Shown here: piece after piece, positions 38,532 to 48,255 of the stretch | How the letters are laid out: every line of letters starts with the position of its first letter | How positions within the stretch are numbered: position 1 is the first letter of the stretch | DNA from: Escherichia phage vB_EcoM_OE5505 | Sequence record: NC_054926.1 | DNA: 64,000 bases | Reading direction: 5' to 3' (one strand) | Made by a program: the position numbers and the translations under genes | Notes under the pieces: model-generated | What the model was told of the DNA's origin: nothing | Database searches by the model: none | Seen by the model: the letters and a program-made list of their open reading frames with translations, nothing else

Positions 38532-39014
38532 TTATTTTATGTAATATTTATTTAAAAACTTTCTAGCTTGAGTATGGCTAACATTTATAGCGTTTGCATA
38601 ATTTTTAATAAAACCTCGTTCATCCATATTAAAATTTTCTAATATTTTTAATCGTCTAATTATCTCATCTTGGCTTAAGGTACTTGCATTATTTTTAGAA
38701 ATTTTTTCTAAAGACTGCACTGAGTGTTTTCGACCATTAAAATTAAAATTTTTAGGTTTTGGAGGAAATCTATCATTTAGTCTCGCATCTTTTGTATTTT
38801 GATTATTAGTTGCGCAATATATGTTATTTAATGAGTATGGTCCTTTATCACCAAAACGACACATACAGTATTCATGACCCTTTCTTCCACGCTTATCATA
38901 ATTTCCTGTTGATTTCCACCAATTTAACCACTCATCAAAAGTTAAATTCCATTCAATGTTTCTACGTATAGCAGAATTCCGCTGAGAAATATATTTTGCA
39001 TAATCTTCTTTCAT
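38532..39014 (-). CDS. Putative homing endonuclease-like protein with C-terminal HTH (160 aa)
   Basis: Inserted between tRNA genes; Cys/His-rich core GHEYCMCRFGDKGPYSLNNIYCATNN; C-terminal AINVSHTQARKFL resembles HTH of neighbouring HNH protein. Confidence 0.45.
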   Translation of the reverse strand: MKEDYAKYISQRNSAIRRNIEWNLTFDEWLNWWKSTGNYDKRGRKGHEYCMCRFGDKGPYSLNNIYCATNNQNTKDARLNDRFPPKPKNFNFNGRKHSVQSLEKISKNNASTLSQDEIIRRLKILENFNMDERGFIKNYANAINVSHTQARKFLNKYYIK

Positions 39015-39061
39015 CACAAATTTCTCTACTTATTACATGCACTAAGCTAAATCAGCAAAAC

Positions 39062-39151
39062 TGGCGGAGGCGATAGGATTTGAACCTATGAGTCGCCGGA
39101 GCGACTGCCGGTTTTCAAGACCGGTGCATTAAACCACTCTGCCACGCCTCC
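39062..39151 (-). tRNA. tRNA-Ser (anticodon UGA), long variable arm, CCA encoded
   Basis: Acceptor GGAGGCG/CGCCTCC, anticodon stem CCGGT/ACCGG loop CTTGAAA, long extra arm, T-loop GGTTCAAATCC. Confidence 0.85.
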
Positions 39152-39153
39152 AG

Positions 39154-39227
39154 TCTCCATACAAGGATTTGAACCTTGGACCTCCTGATCCCAAATCAGG
39201 CGCTCTACCAAACTGAGCTACACGGAG
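39154..39227 (-). tRNA. tRNA-Pro (anticodon UGG), CCA not encoded
   Basis: Anticodon stem CCTGA/TCAGG loop TTTGGGA; T-loop GGTTCAAATCC; 3' end directly abuts tRNA-Ser. Confidence 0.8.
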
Positions 39228-39237
39228 TAAATTAAAT

Positions 39238-39311
<74 letters not shown>

Positions 39312-39316
39312 AAATT

Positions 39317-39403
39317 TGGTGCGAGAAGTGGGACTCGAACCCACAAGGAAATCATTCCGCAGCATTTTAAGTGCTGTGCCTTTACCAATTTGACCATTCT
39401 CGC
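39317..39403 (-). tRNA. tRNA-Leu (anticodon UAA), long variable arm, CCA encoded
   Basis: Acceptor GCGAGAA/TTCTCGC, anticodon stem CAGCA/TGCTG loop CTTAAAA, T-loop GGTTCGAGTCC. Confidence 0.85.
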
Positions 39404-39409
39404 GCTATA

Positions 39410-40018
39410 TTATTTATTACGTGAAAAAGACTGTTCTATCAATTCTGGACACTTTCGTTCTATCCATTTTCTAGCTTTTTGTGGGCTTATACCTATTATT
39501 TTAGCAGCTTTACTAACCCATCCAAATTTAAAATAATCGATTTTAACTAATTCTTCGTAAATTTCATCAGTTAAAATCTTTTCATTAATATTTACCAGTA
39601 AATGATATAATTTATTATCATTAGCAATTTTAATGAATCTTTTATAGTTTCCGCCTTTACTTAAACCTAATGAAGTAATTGCAGATGATATAGTAGCCGA
39701 ATTTAATAGTGCGTTTAAAATTTCTTCATCACTAACATTATAACGCTTTCTATTATTTTTAATATTTTTACCAGCAAAAGTATCAGTTTGCGAATGGCAA
39801 TTTGGACATAATAATCTTAAATTTGATTTAAGATGATTTTTGTTATTTCCATCAATATGGTCTAATTGTAGAACAATATGCTTATTTTGCCATTTTGAAA
39901 TTTTACAAATTGCACACTCATATGGAAAAATATTTTCTTTTATTATTTTGTCTTTTAGCTTTCCTGTACTAAAATTTGGATGTTTTCCTTCAAAAATTTC
40001 AGCTAATTTAGTATCCAT
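39410..40018 (-). mobile_element. HNH homing endonuclease gene (202 aa from ATG) adjacent to tRNA-Leu
   Basis: Classic HNH motif LQLDHIDGNNKNHLKSNLRLLCPNCH; C-terminal HTH AAKIIGISPQKARKWIER; ORF-track start is TTG, ATG at 40018. Confidence 0.75.
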
Positions 40019-40128
40019 AATATGATTCCCAATTATTAACAAAGGCTCTTAAGCAAGAACCCTTGATGATAGAGGGTATTAATCAGTGCGATATGAGTTA
40101 ATAATAACAAATAATTCTTAAAGCATAT

Positions 40129-40416
40129 TTACCATTTATAATAATACATATTTACGATGCATTCAAGACCCAAAGGATTCTTGAAAATATCATATTCAAG
40201 AGGACCTTTTTCTGTTTCAATAAAGAAATCAAAATTTACTGTATTAAATTTACGTTCTTCCTTCACTAATTTAACTTGAGAAGATGAACGGTCAATGTAA
40301 ACCTTTTCAACTTCAAAACATGTTAAAATGCCATAATCATCAATCAAAGCTTTAGCCGCGTCTTGATCATATTTATATCCATTTTCAATGGATGATACTT
40401 TCGCATAAAGAATCAT
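40129..40416 (-). CDS. Hypothetical protein (95 aa)
   Basis: ATG start. Confidence 0.45.
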   Translation of the reverse strand: MILYAKVSSIENGYKYDQDAAKALIDDYGILTCFEVEKVYIDRSSSQVKLVKEERKFNTVNFDFFIETEKGPLEYDIFKNPLGLECIVNMYYYKW

Positions 40417-40418
40417 TA

Positions 40419-40817
40419 TCAGCCTTCATCAACAATAGTGTGAGTATTAGCATTTACGATTTGCCACCAATCAAAGCGATTAGAATCCATCGGTTTGTTT
40501 TCATTTTCTTTGATAATGTCACGGAGTTCATCTTCAGAGAATGCTTTAGCAATTAAATCGGTATACCCACCACGGGGATAATAATTATCACCTGCAAACA
40601 AAAGGAAATTTACCTTCCCGGAAGCAACATATGCTTCCTTAGGATACTTGTTTCCTGCGTGGTCAACCACTTCAATATAACGGTAAGGAATATCGGTTCT
40701 TTCAACCCATTGCCATGCCGCCGCAGGGGAATCGAAAGCATCTACACCTAAACGATTATCTTCATCTTTAGACGGATTATTTTCGTAATCCGCATATACA
40801 TAATATTCAACGTTCAT
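40419..40817 (-). CDS. Hypothetical acidic protein (132 aa)
   Basis: ATG start; abuts next gene. Confidence 0.5.
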   Translation of the reverse strand: MNVEYYVYADYENNPSKDEDNRLGVDAFDSPAAAWQWVERTDIPYRYIEVVDHAGNKYPKEAYVASGKVNFLLFAGDNYYPRGGYTDLIAKAFSEDELRDIIKENENKPMDSNRFDWWQIVNANTHTIVDEG

Positions 40818-41002
40818 TATTCACCTTTAGAAATTTTATCCATAACAATAGCAATTAAACCAATTAAAAATGCTACTACAAGTGAAAACACATTTTCTGC
40901 TGTAGTCAATAATCCACATATAAATCCAACAAACATTGAAAAACTAAAAGCGGAAGCAGAAATTGCAATAGCAACATTTCGAATTAATTCACAACGTTTC
41001 AT
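40817..41002 (-). CDS. Small membrane protein (61 aa)
   Basis: Two hydrophobic segments; ATG start; early promoter 41031..41060. Confidence 0.45.
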   Translation of the reverse strand: MKRCELIRNVAIAISASAFSFSMFVGFICGLLTTAENVFSLVVAFLIGLIAIVMDKISKGE

Positions 41003-41021
41003 TTTATTCTCCTCAGTAGTA

Positions 41022-41060
41022 GATAGGGTAATAGTATCACTACCCTATCTAAAAGTAAAC
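41022..41060 (-). promoter_or_regulatory. Early promoter with -10 box enclosed by inverted repeat GATAGGGTA/TACCCTATC
   Basis: GTTTAC - 18 nt - TACTAT; 9-bp arms flank the -10 hexamer. Confidence 0.55.
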
Positions 41061-41294
41061 TTATTTTTTACGAAAAATTGATTTATTTTCTGCTGCCCAT
41101 TTTTCAATAACTGCAGCAGGACCAGTAACAACAATTTTATCACCGTAATCTTCTGCGGCGAGTTGACCGAAATTATCTAATGCATCACGAAGAACTCCAT
41201 GAGGCATTTCACCCATTTTATCTTTCTTGCCAGTGTAAATAAACTCAACTTTTACATCAGCAGTTTCAGCAATAAATTCTTGGTAAGTTTTCAT
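41061..41294 (-). CDS. Internal protein I-like (capsid-targeted), 77 aa from MKTYQEFIAE
   Basis: Canonical capsid targeting sequence MKTYQEFIAE at ATG 41294; early promoter 41329..41358. Confidence 0.7.
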   Translation of the reverse strand: MKTYQEFIAETADVKVEFIYTGKKDKMGEMPHGVLRDALDNFGQLAAEDYGDKIVVTGPAAVIEKWAAENKSIFRKK

Positions 41295-41320
41295 TTTGAT
41301 TTCCATTTGGTTTTGTTTTG

Positions 41321-41358
41321 ATAGGGTAATAGTATCACAACTAAAACCCTATGTAAAC
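41321..41358 (-). promoter_or_regulatory. Early promoter with inverted repeat ATAGGGT/ACCCTAT around -10
   Basis: Same architecture, longer loop. Confidence 0.5.
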
Positions 41359-41370
41359 AACTTTGTGAAA

Positions 41371-41628
41371 TTATTTTAAATCTTCTAATCGTTTCTTCAT
41401 CTTAGAACCATTTTTAGCAATTTCTCCTGCATCGGAGCATAATGCTAAAAGTGCTTTAACTTTAGTTTGGTCTCCTTTAAAAGATGAAGGATCGACCGCA
41501 GCAGCAAGTTCTTTAATACGAGAGAAAAGACGCTCAGCTTCAGCTAAAGCCATTCCAAGCTTTACTTCCATACCGTGGGAAGATTCAGTGATAGTAGTTT
41601 TTGTAGCAAACTCTTTGAAAGTTTTCAT
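41371..41628 (-). CDS. Internal-protein-like small protein (85 aa)
   Basis: N-terminus MKTFKEFATK resembles capsid targeting sequence; early promoter 41660..41689. Confidence 0.55.
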   Translation of the reverse strand: MKTFKEFATKTTITESSHGMEVKLGMALAEAERLFSRIKELAAAVDPSSFKGDQTKVKALLALCSDAGEIAKNGSKMKKRLEDLK

Positions 41629-41650
41629 TTTTATTTTCCTAATTAATTTT

Positions 41651-41689
41651 GATGAGGTAATAGTATCACTACCTCATCAGTATGTAAAC
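41651..41689 (-). promoter_or_regulatory. Early promoter with -10 box enclosed by inverted repeat GATGAGGTA/TACCTCATC
   Basis: Covarying arms relative to 41022..41049 copy. Confidence 0.55.
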
Positions 41690-41701
41690 AACTTTGTGAA
41701 A

Positions 41702-42386
<685 letters not shown>

Positions 42387-42387
<1 letters not shown>

Positions 42388-43112
42388 TATAGTACCTTTA
42401 GTGTATTTTTAATTTTAGAAAAAAGTTCTTCAAGAGAACCATCGTTTGTAATTACTAAATCGCCATCACGAATTGGCAATCCAGCTTCTGTAATATGTGT
42501 ATCATTGGATTTTTGACCAGGACGAACTACATGAATTACTGTAGCACCCATCGCCCTAGCCGCATCCATTTCATGATCTTGACGGGTATCAGGAACGATA
42601 TAATAATCATAACCTGAGTTAAATTTATCAAGATAATCTAAAGCAAATAATTTTACCCAGTACATGCGGTCGAAGTTATTAACAATCAAATCCGTACCTA
42701 GGGCTTGCATCAGACGACGGACTGACCATTGATCTTCAATATTATTTATAACGTCAATAATCTTGTTAAATGCTACGGAATTAACTGATTCTTGTCCTTC
42801 GTCATCAAAAACAAACACACCTTTAATTGGGCTTTTACCATTAAGATAGCAAAATGCTTGTTCCATAATCGTGATTACTTCTAATTTAGTTAGATTTAAA
42901 TTAGTCTCACGATCATAGTCAATTCCTTCAAACTCTTTACGAGTTAAGCAAGGATAGTCGGTATTTGCAGCAAATACTCCCCATGCATAAGCCAATGCAT
43001 CCTTAATAGGACCAGCAAGTTGGTATTTAACTGCAGAATAATTGCTCATGATAAAATCAGCAGTAGTATCTTTTCCACTACGCTTTACACCGCTTAAAAA
43101 GATTAGTTTCAT
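42387..43112 (-). CDS. 1: Deoxynucleoside monophosphate kinase gp1
   Basis: 241 aa; P-loop FLSGVKRSGKDT; matches recalled T4 gp1. Confidence 0.95.
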
Positions 43113-43161
43113 ATGTTTCTCCTCAAATTTAGTTAAGATTATAACACATGAAACTGAAGCA

Positions 43162-43692
43162 TTAAACTTCCGCTATAATTTTTCCATCTTTTTCTACTTG
43201 AAAATACGTATAAGGAATCGTTGCTGTACATACTAAAGCCGGGTCTGAATCTTCTGTGTAGCTAAATTCTACTTCAGATAGGTCAGAAACCCAAGGCTTA
43301 TAAAAATTTATTGACATCACGATTTCAGTTTTGCTATTATCTAAAATGTAAAGCGTAATGTATTCAGGACCTGTTTTTTGGGCAGTATTTTCGCCTGTAA
43401 GATAGTTACTAGTTCCTAGCATCCATTCATACATTCCTATCCACGACTTAAGCTCTTCGTCAACTATAAATCTCACGATGAGTGGATCGTATTCAAATGT
43501 AACTCCTGGACGTTGTGCTCTGCCTAGTCCAAACGGCCCAGTCACGGTATCAGTAACAGGTATCCTAATTCCTGGAATAGGAACTGACTGAGCATTTAAA
43601 GTAAAAGCAGATGTAGTATTACTATGTGGTATTGATACTACAAAGTTAGTTGTATTTGCTTGGTTAAAAATTTGTTGCAGTGCTTGCGACAT
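43162..43692 (-). CDS. 3: Tail sheath stabilizer/tail completion protein gp3
   Basis: 176 aa from ATG at 43692 with GAGGAA SD (ORF-track start further upstream); position between 1 and 2. Confidence 0.85.
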   Translation of the reverse strand: MSQALQQIFNQANTTNFVVSIPHSNTTSAFTLNAQSVPIPGIRIPVTDTVTGPFGLGRAQRPGVTFEYDPLIVRFIVDEELKSWIGMYEWMLGTSNYLTGENTAQKTGPEYITLYILDNSKTEIVMSINFYKPWVSDLSEVEFSYTEDSDPALVCTATIPYTYFQVEKDGKIIAEV

Positions 43693-43798
43693 ATATTCCT
43701 CATAATGCTTTATAAATGTTGGTGGTATAATGGGTCTAAGTCCCTTCCATTCAATTCCAATTAGAACAAACAATAGAAAAGAATGGAAGATAATAGAA

Positions 43799-44623
43799 TT
43801 AGATATTTGACCAGACTTTGTTTGCAGAGAAACGTTTTCCTTTTGAAACGAACTGCTGAAGTGGCATTAACACAACGTTCGCCCAGTCTTTCGGGGCGAT
43901 TTCAACAAGGCTACCCATAATATTACCGGGGATATATGCCTTAATCATTTGGTCTGCACCCCTAAATCCTTTCACTTGACTCCAATCAATTTTTAATTTC
44001 GTTTTATTAGTAATAGTAGGTGTATTTGAATATTGCTTTAAAAGCTCTTCTAGAAATTGCTGACGAGCTTTAGGTGGAATATAGTGCAAGTTTAATCCAT
44101 ACATTAAATTATGCTTACCTAAACCAAGGTAAATTATTAAAGGAAATTTATCCCAGTAAGGAAGAGTTTCCTTGTGTTTAGCATCATAAGCAAAAGCATA
44201 TATTCGTCCCGGCTGCGGGCGAACAACTTTATGTCCTTTTACTTGCTTAATAGTTTCAGCAAACCACTTTCTGGTTTTATTATTAATTGCTGCACCTTCA
44301 TTACGAATTTTATCACGCAATGTTTGTCTGAATGAATTTATCATAAGCAGTTGTCTTTCTTGCTTATTGAGTTTATTCATTGGTTTTGATTCAAGCTTTT
44401 GAATCTTTTCAGCCGTTTTAATTCCTGAAGCATATTTTGACATTGCTGAAGTAAACGTAGAGTATTTGATTCCTCTTTCTTCAGCAAATTGCTTTCCTGT
44501 CATTCCTTTTGCTTTGGCCTTTTTATATTCAAGACCTATCTGAATCCATTTCTTTTCGTTTAATGATTGCTTAACCTTTGGAACTTGGGGAGTGCTTTCA
44601 TTAATTATTTGAAAAATAGCCAT
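43799..44623 (-). CDS. 2: DNA end protector protein gp2
   Basis: 274 aa, basic; ATG overlapping gp4 stop. Confidence 0.85.
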   Translation of the reverse strand: MAIFQIINESTPQVPKVKQSLNEKKWIQIGLEYKKAKAKGMTGKQFAEERGIKYSTFTSAMSKYASGIKTAEKIQKLESKPMNKLNKQERQLLMINSFRQTLRDKIRNEGAAINNKTRKWFAETIKQVKGHKVVRPQPGRIYAFAYDAKHKETLPYWDKFPLIIYLGLGKHNLMYGLNLHYIPPKARQQFLEELLKQYSNTPTITNKTKLKIDWSQVKGFRGADQMIKAYIPGNIMGSLVEIAPKDWANVVLMPLQQFVSKGKRFSANKVWSNI

Positions 44624-45075
44624 TATGCCCCCTTAAAGCCAAGAGCTCGTAATCCATCTTCTGTTAAAATTCTAAATTTTATTCCACGCTTTTCAGCTAA
44701 AGATTGTGCTGCTTTCCATTTGTCGGTGTTAACAGACCAGGTATAAATTTCATTCATAAATCTTTTCTTCGCTGCGGTTGTTAGATGCGCCGGTTTAACT
44801 GGTGGTTGTGTTTCTTTTTTAGGTTTTATTTCAATAAAAAATTCTTGTCCAGAAGAATCTTTCATCCAAATATCCATGAAGTATCTACGTTTTTTCCCTT
44901 CTGCATTACAAAAATAAGGAATTACTGCTGTTTCACTACCCCATGCAATAATTTCTGGATTTTTATCTAACCATTCAAAAAAGAATTTTTCCCAATTTGA
45001 TCTATACGTAATTTTTTTAGGGTCACCTCTATACTTTGATATATTTTTAGGAACCCATTTTCCAGAATATGCCAT
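44623..45075 (-). CDS. 4: Head completion protein gp4
   Basis: 150 aa; last minus-strand gene before divergent late promoters. Confidence 0.85.
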   Translation of the reverse strand: MAYSGKWVPKNISKYRGDPKKITYRSNWEKFFFEWLDKNPEIIAWGSETAVIPYFCNAEGKKRRYFMDIWMKDSSGQEFFIEIKPKKETQPPVKPAHLTTAAKKRFMNEIYTWSVNTDKWKAAQSLAEKRGIKFRILTEDGLRALGFKGA

Positions 45076-45086
45076 TGGATTCTCCT

Positions 45087-45094
45087 TATAAATA
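45087..45094 (+). promoter_or_regulatory. Late promoter TATAAATA for gene 53 operon
   Basis: Exact TATAAATA 29 nt upstream of gene 53 ATG. Confidence 0.65.
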
Positions 45095-45102
45095 GATAAT
45101 AT

Positions 45103-45110
45103 ATTTATAA
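45103..45110 (-). promoter_or_regulatory. Divergent late promoter TATAAATA for gene 4-2-3 direction
   Basis: Exact TATAAATA on minus strand 28 nt upstream of gene 4 ATG. Confidence 0.6.
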
Positions 45111-45122
45111 ACAGGAGGGCCC

Positions 45123-45713
45123 ATGCTCTTTACATTTTTTGATCCGATTGAATATGCGGCCAAAACGGTGAATAAAAACGCGCCGACTATTCCTATGACA
45201 GATATTTTTAGAAACTATAAAGACTATTTTAAACGCGCTCTTGCGGGATACCGCTTACGTACTTATTATATCAAAGGTTCACCACGCCCGGAAGAATTAG
45301 CAAATACTATATATGGAAATCCACAGTTGTATTGGGTTTTATTGATGTGTAATGATAATTATGACCCGTATTATGGATGGATTACTTCACAAGAAGCAGC
45401 TTATCAAGCATCTATACAAAAATACAAAAATGTAGGTGGAGACCAAATAGTATATCATGTGAATGAGAACGGTGAAAAATTTTATAATTTAATATCATAC
45501 GATGATAATCCATATGTTTGGTATGATAAAGGTGATAAAGCTAGAAAATATCCTCAATATGAAGGAGCACTTGCTGCTGTTAATACGTATGAAGATGCTG
45601 TTCTTGAAAATGAAAAACTTCGTCAAATAAAAATAATAGCAAAATCAGACATTAATTCATTTATGAACGACCTTATACGTATAATGGAGAAATCTTATGG
45701 AAATGATAAGTAA
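45123..45713 (+). CDS. 53: Baseplate wedge protein gp53
   Basis: 196 aa; late promoter TATAAATA at 45087..45094. Confidence 0.9.
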   Translation: MLFTFFDPIEYAAKTVNKNAPTIPMTDIFRNYKDYFKRALAGYRLRTYYIKGSPRPEELANTIYGNPQLYWVLLMCNDNYDPYYGWITSQEAAYQASIQKYKNVGGDQIVYHVNENGEKFYNLISYDDNPYVWYDKGDKARKYPQYEGALAAVNTYEDAVLENEKLRQIKIIAKSDINSFMNDLIRIMEKSYGNDK

Positions 45714-47424
45714 TAACCTTAATTGGTTTGTTGGTGTTGTTGAAGATAGAATGGACCCATTAAAATTAGGTCGTGTTCGTGTTCGTGTGGTTGGTCTGCA
45801 TCCACCTCAAAGAGCACAAGGCGATGTAATGGGTATTCCAACTGAAAAATTACCATGGATGTCAGTTATTCAACCTATAACTTCTGCAGCAATGTCTGGA
45901 ATTGGAGGTTCTGTTACTGGACCGGTAGAAGGAACTAGAGTTTATGGTCATTTTTTAGACAAATGGAAAACTAACGGAATTGTCCTTGGCACGTATGGTG
46001 GAATAGTTCGCGAAAAACCGAATAGACTTGAAGGATTTTCTGACCCAACTGGGCAATATCCTAGACGTTTAGGAAATGATACTAATGTATTAAACCAAGG
46101 CGGAGAAGTAGGATATGATTCGTCTTCTAACATTATCCAAGATAGTAACTTAGACACTGCAATAAATCCCGATGATAGACCACTATCAGAGATTCCAACC
46201 GATGATAATCCAAATATGTCAATGGCTGAAATGCTTCGCCGTGATGAAGGATTAAGATTAAAAGTTTATTGGGATACCGAAGGATATCCGACAATTGGTA
46301 TTGGTCATCTTATCATGAAGCAGCCAGTTCGTGATATGGCTCAAATTAATAAAGTTTTATCAAAACAAGTTGGTCGTGAAATTACTGGAAACCCAGGTTC
46401 TATTACGATGGAAGAGGCGACGACTTTATTTGAACGTGATTTGGCTGATATGCAACGGGACATTAAATCACATTCTAAAGTAGGACCAGTCTGGCAAGCT
46501 GTCAACCGTTCTCGTCAAATGGCGTTAGAAAATATGGCATTTCAGATGGGTGTTGGTGGTGTAGCTAAATTTAACACAATGTTAACTGCTATGTTAGCCG
46601 GAGATTGGGAAAAAGCATATAAAGCCGGTCGTGATTCATTGTGGTATCAACAAACAAAAGGCCGTGCATCCCGTGTTACCATGATTATTCTTACGGGAAA
46701 TTTAGAATCATATGGCGTTGAAGTGAAAACCCCAGCTAGGTCTCTATCAGCAATGGCTGCTACTGTAGCTAAATCTTCTGACCCTGCTGACCCTCCTATT
46801 CCAAATGACTCGAGAATTTTATTCAAAGAACCAGTTTCTTCATATAAAGGTGAATATCCTTATGTGCATACAATGGAAACTGAAAGTGGACATATTCAGG
46901 AATTTGATGATACCCCTGGGCAAGAACGATACAGATTAGTTCATCCAACTGGAACTTATGAAGAAGTATCACCGTCAGGAAGAAGAACAAGAAAAACTGT
47001 TGATAATTTGTATGATATAACCAACGCTGATGGTAATTTTTTGGTAGCCGGTGATAAAAAGACTAACGTCGGTGGATCAGAAATTTATTACAACATGGAT
47101 AATCGTCTTCACCAGATAGATGGAAGCAATACAATATTTGTACGTGGCGACGAAACGAAAACTGTTGAAGGCAATGGAACTATCCTAGTTAAAGGTAATG
47201 TTACTATTGTAGTTGAAGGTAATGCTGACATTACAGTTAAAGGAGATGCTACCACTTTAGTTGAAGGAAATCAAACTAACACAGTAAATGGAAATCTTTC
47301 TTGGAAAGTTGCTGGGACAGTTGATTGGGACGTTGGTGGTGATTGGACAGAAAAAATGGCATCTATGAGTTCTATTTCATCTGGTCAATACACAATTGAT
47401 GGATCGAGGATTGACATTGGCTAA
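45697..47424 (+). CDS. 5: Baseplate hub/cell-puncturing protein gp5 with lysozyme domain
   Basis: 575 aa; N-terminal OB region MEMISNNLNWFVGVVEDRMDP; lysozyme domain EGLRLKVYWDTEGYPTIGIGHLI; C-terminal beta-helix repeats VEGNGTILVKGNVTIVVEGNADITVKGDA. Confidence 0.95.
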   Translation: MEMISNNLNWFVGVVEDRMDPLKLGRVRVRVVGLHPPQRAQGDVMGIPTEKLPWMSVIQPITSAAMSGIGGSVTGPVEGTRVYGHFLDKWKTNGIVLGTYGGIVREKPNRLEGFSDPTGQYPRRLGNDTNVLNQGGEVGYDSSSNIIQDSNLDTAINPDDRPLSEIPTDDNPNMSMAEMLRRDEGLRLKVYWDTEGYPTIGIGHLIMKQPVRDMAQINKVLSKQVGREITGNPGSITMEEATTLFERDLADMQRDIKSHSKVGPVWQAVNRSRQMALENMAFQMGVGGVAKFNTMLTAMLAGDWEKAYKAGRDSLWYQQTKGRASRVTMIILTGNLESYGVEVKTPARSLSAMAATVAKSSDPADPPIPNDSRILFKEPVSSYKGEYPYVHTMETESGHIQEFDDTPGQERYRLVHPTGTYEEVSPSGRRTRKTVDNLYDITNADGNFLVAGDKKTNVGGSEIYYNMDNRLHQIDGSNTIFVRGDETKTVEGNGTILVKGNVTIVVEGNADITVKGDATTLVEGNQTNTVNGNLSWKVAGTVDWDVGGDWTEKMASMSSISSGQYTIDGSRIDIG

Positions 47425-47953
47425 TATACTTCCAATGAGCGCTGATTTAGGAGAATCCATGGAAGGTTCTTCTATCGACGTCACCTTTACCGCTCAATTA
47501 GAAACAGGTGAAACGTTAGTATCTATAAATATAACTAGTTACGAAGAAACTCCTGGGGTTTTAGTAGAAGAAAATCGCTTATACGGAACATATGAATCTG
47601 TGTTTGGATTTGGAAATGACGCGTTGAAATATCGTTTAGGCGATGAATTTAAAACTGCTGCTTCATGGGAAGAACTTCCTACTGATTCTGATACTCAGTT
47701 GTATTTATGGAAAGCTCCTCAAAACCTCCAGAAGACATTCACTTACGAAGTAACATTAATATATGACTACCAAGAACAAAGTGAATCTGGAGGTTCTGGC
47801 AGTAATTCTAGGTCATCTTCTGATACTACTGAACCGACAGATCCTCCTGCTCCAGTAAGAAAAACTCTCGTTAAAAATTATACTAAAACTATAGTTGGAA
47901 ATTGGAGTCGTTGGGCTAATAAATTAAGAAGCTATGTGTATGAGAGGTCATAG
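47396..47953 (+). CDS. Hypothetical protein (gene 5.1-like position), 185 aa
   Basis: ORF between 5 and 5.4; start codon uncertain. Confidence 0.6.
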   Translation: MMDRGLTLANILPMSADLGESMEGSSIDVTFTAQLETGETLVSINITSYEETPGVLVEENRLYGTYESVFGFGNDALKYRLGDEFKTAASWEELPTDSDTQLYLWKAPQNLQKTFTYEVTLIYDYQEQSESGGSGSNSRSSSDTTEPTDPPAPVRKTLVKNYTKTIVGNWSRWANKLRSYVYERS

Positions 47954-48247
47954 ATGTCAGGATTAAGTTATGATAAGTGTGTTACTGCCGGCCATGAAGC
48001 ATGGTCTCCAACAGTTGTGAATGCTACACAAAGTAAAGTATTCACTGGAGGAATTGCTGTTCTCGTAGCAGGTGATCCAATTACAGAACATACAGAAATT
48101 AAAAAGCCATATGAAACACATGGCGGAGTGACACAACCTAGAACTTCTAAGGTATATGTCACTGGAAAGAAAGCGGTTCAAATGGCTGATCCAATATCAT
48201 GCGGTGATACTGTGGCTCAGGCATCATCTAAAGTATTCATTAAATAG
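47954..48247 (+). CDS. 5.4: PAAR-like spike tip protein gp5.4
   Basis: 97 aa; position after 5; Gly/Val-rich PAAR-like sequence. Confidence 0.7.
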   Translation: MSGLSYDKCVTAGHEAWSPTVVNATQSKVFTGGIAVLVAGDPITEHTEIKKPYETHGGVTQPRTSKVYVTGKKAVQMADPISCGDTVAQASSKVFIK

Positions 48248-48255
48248 GATTTAAA

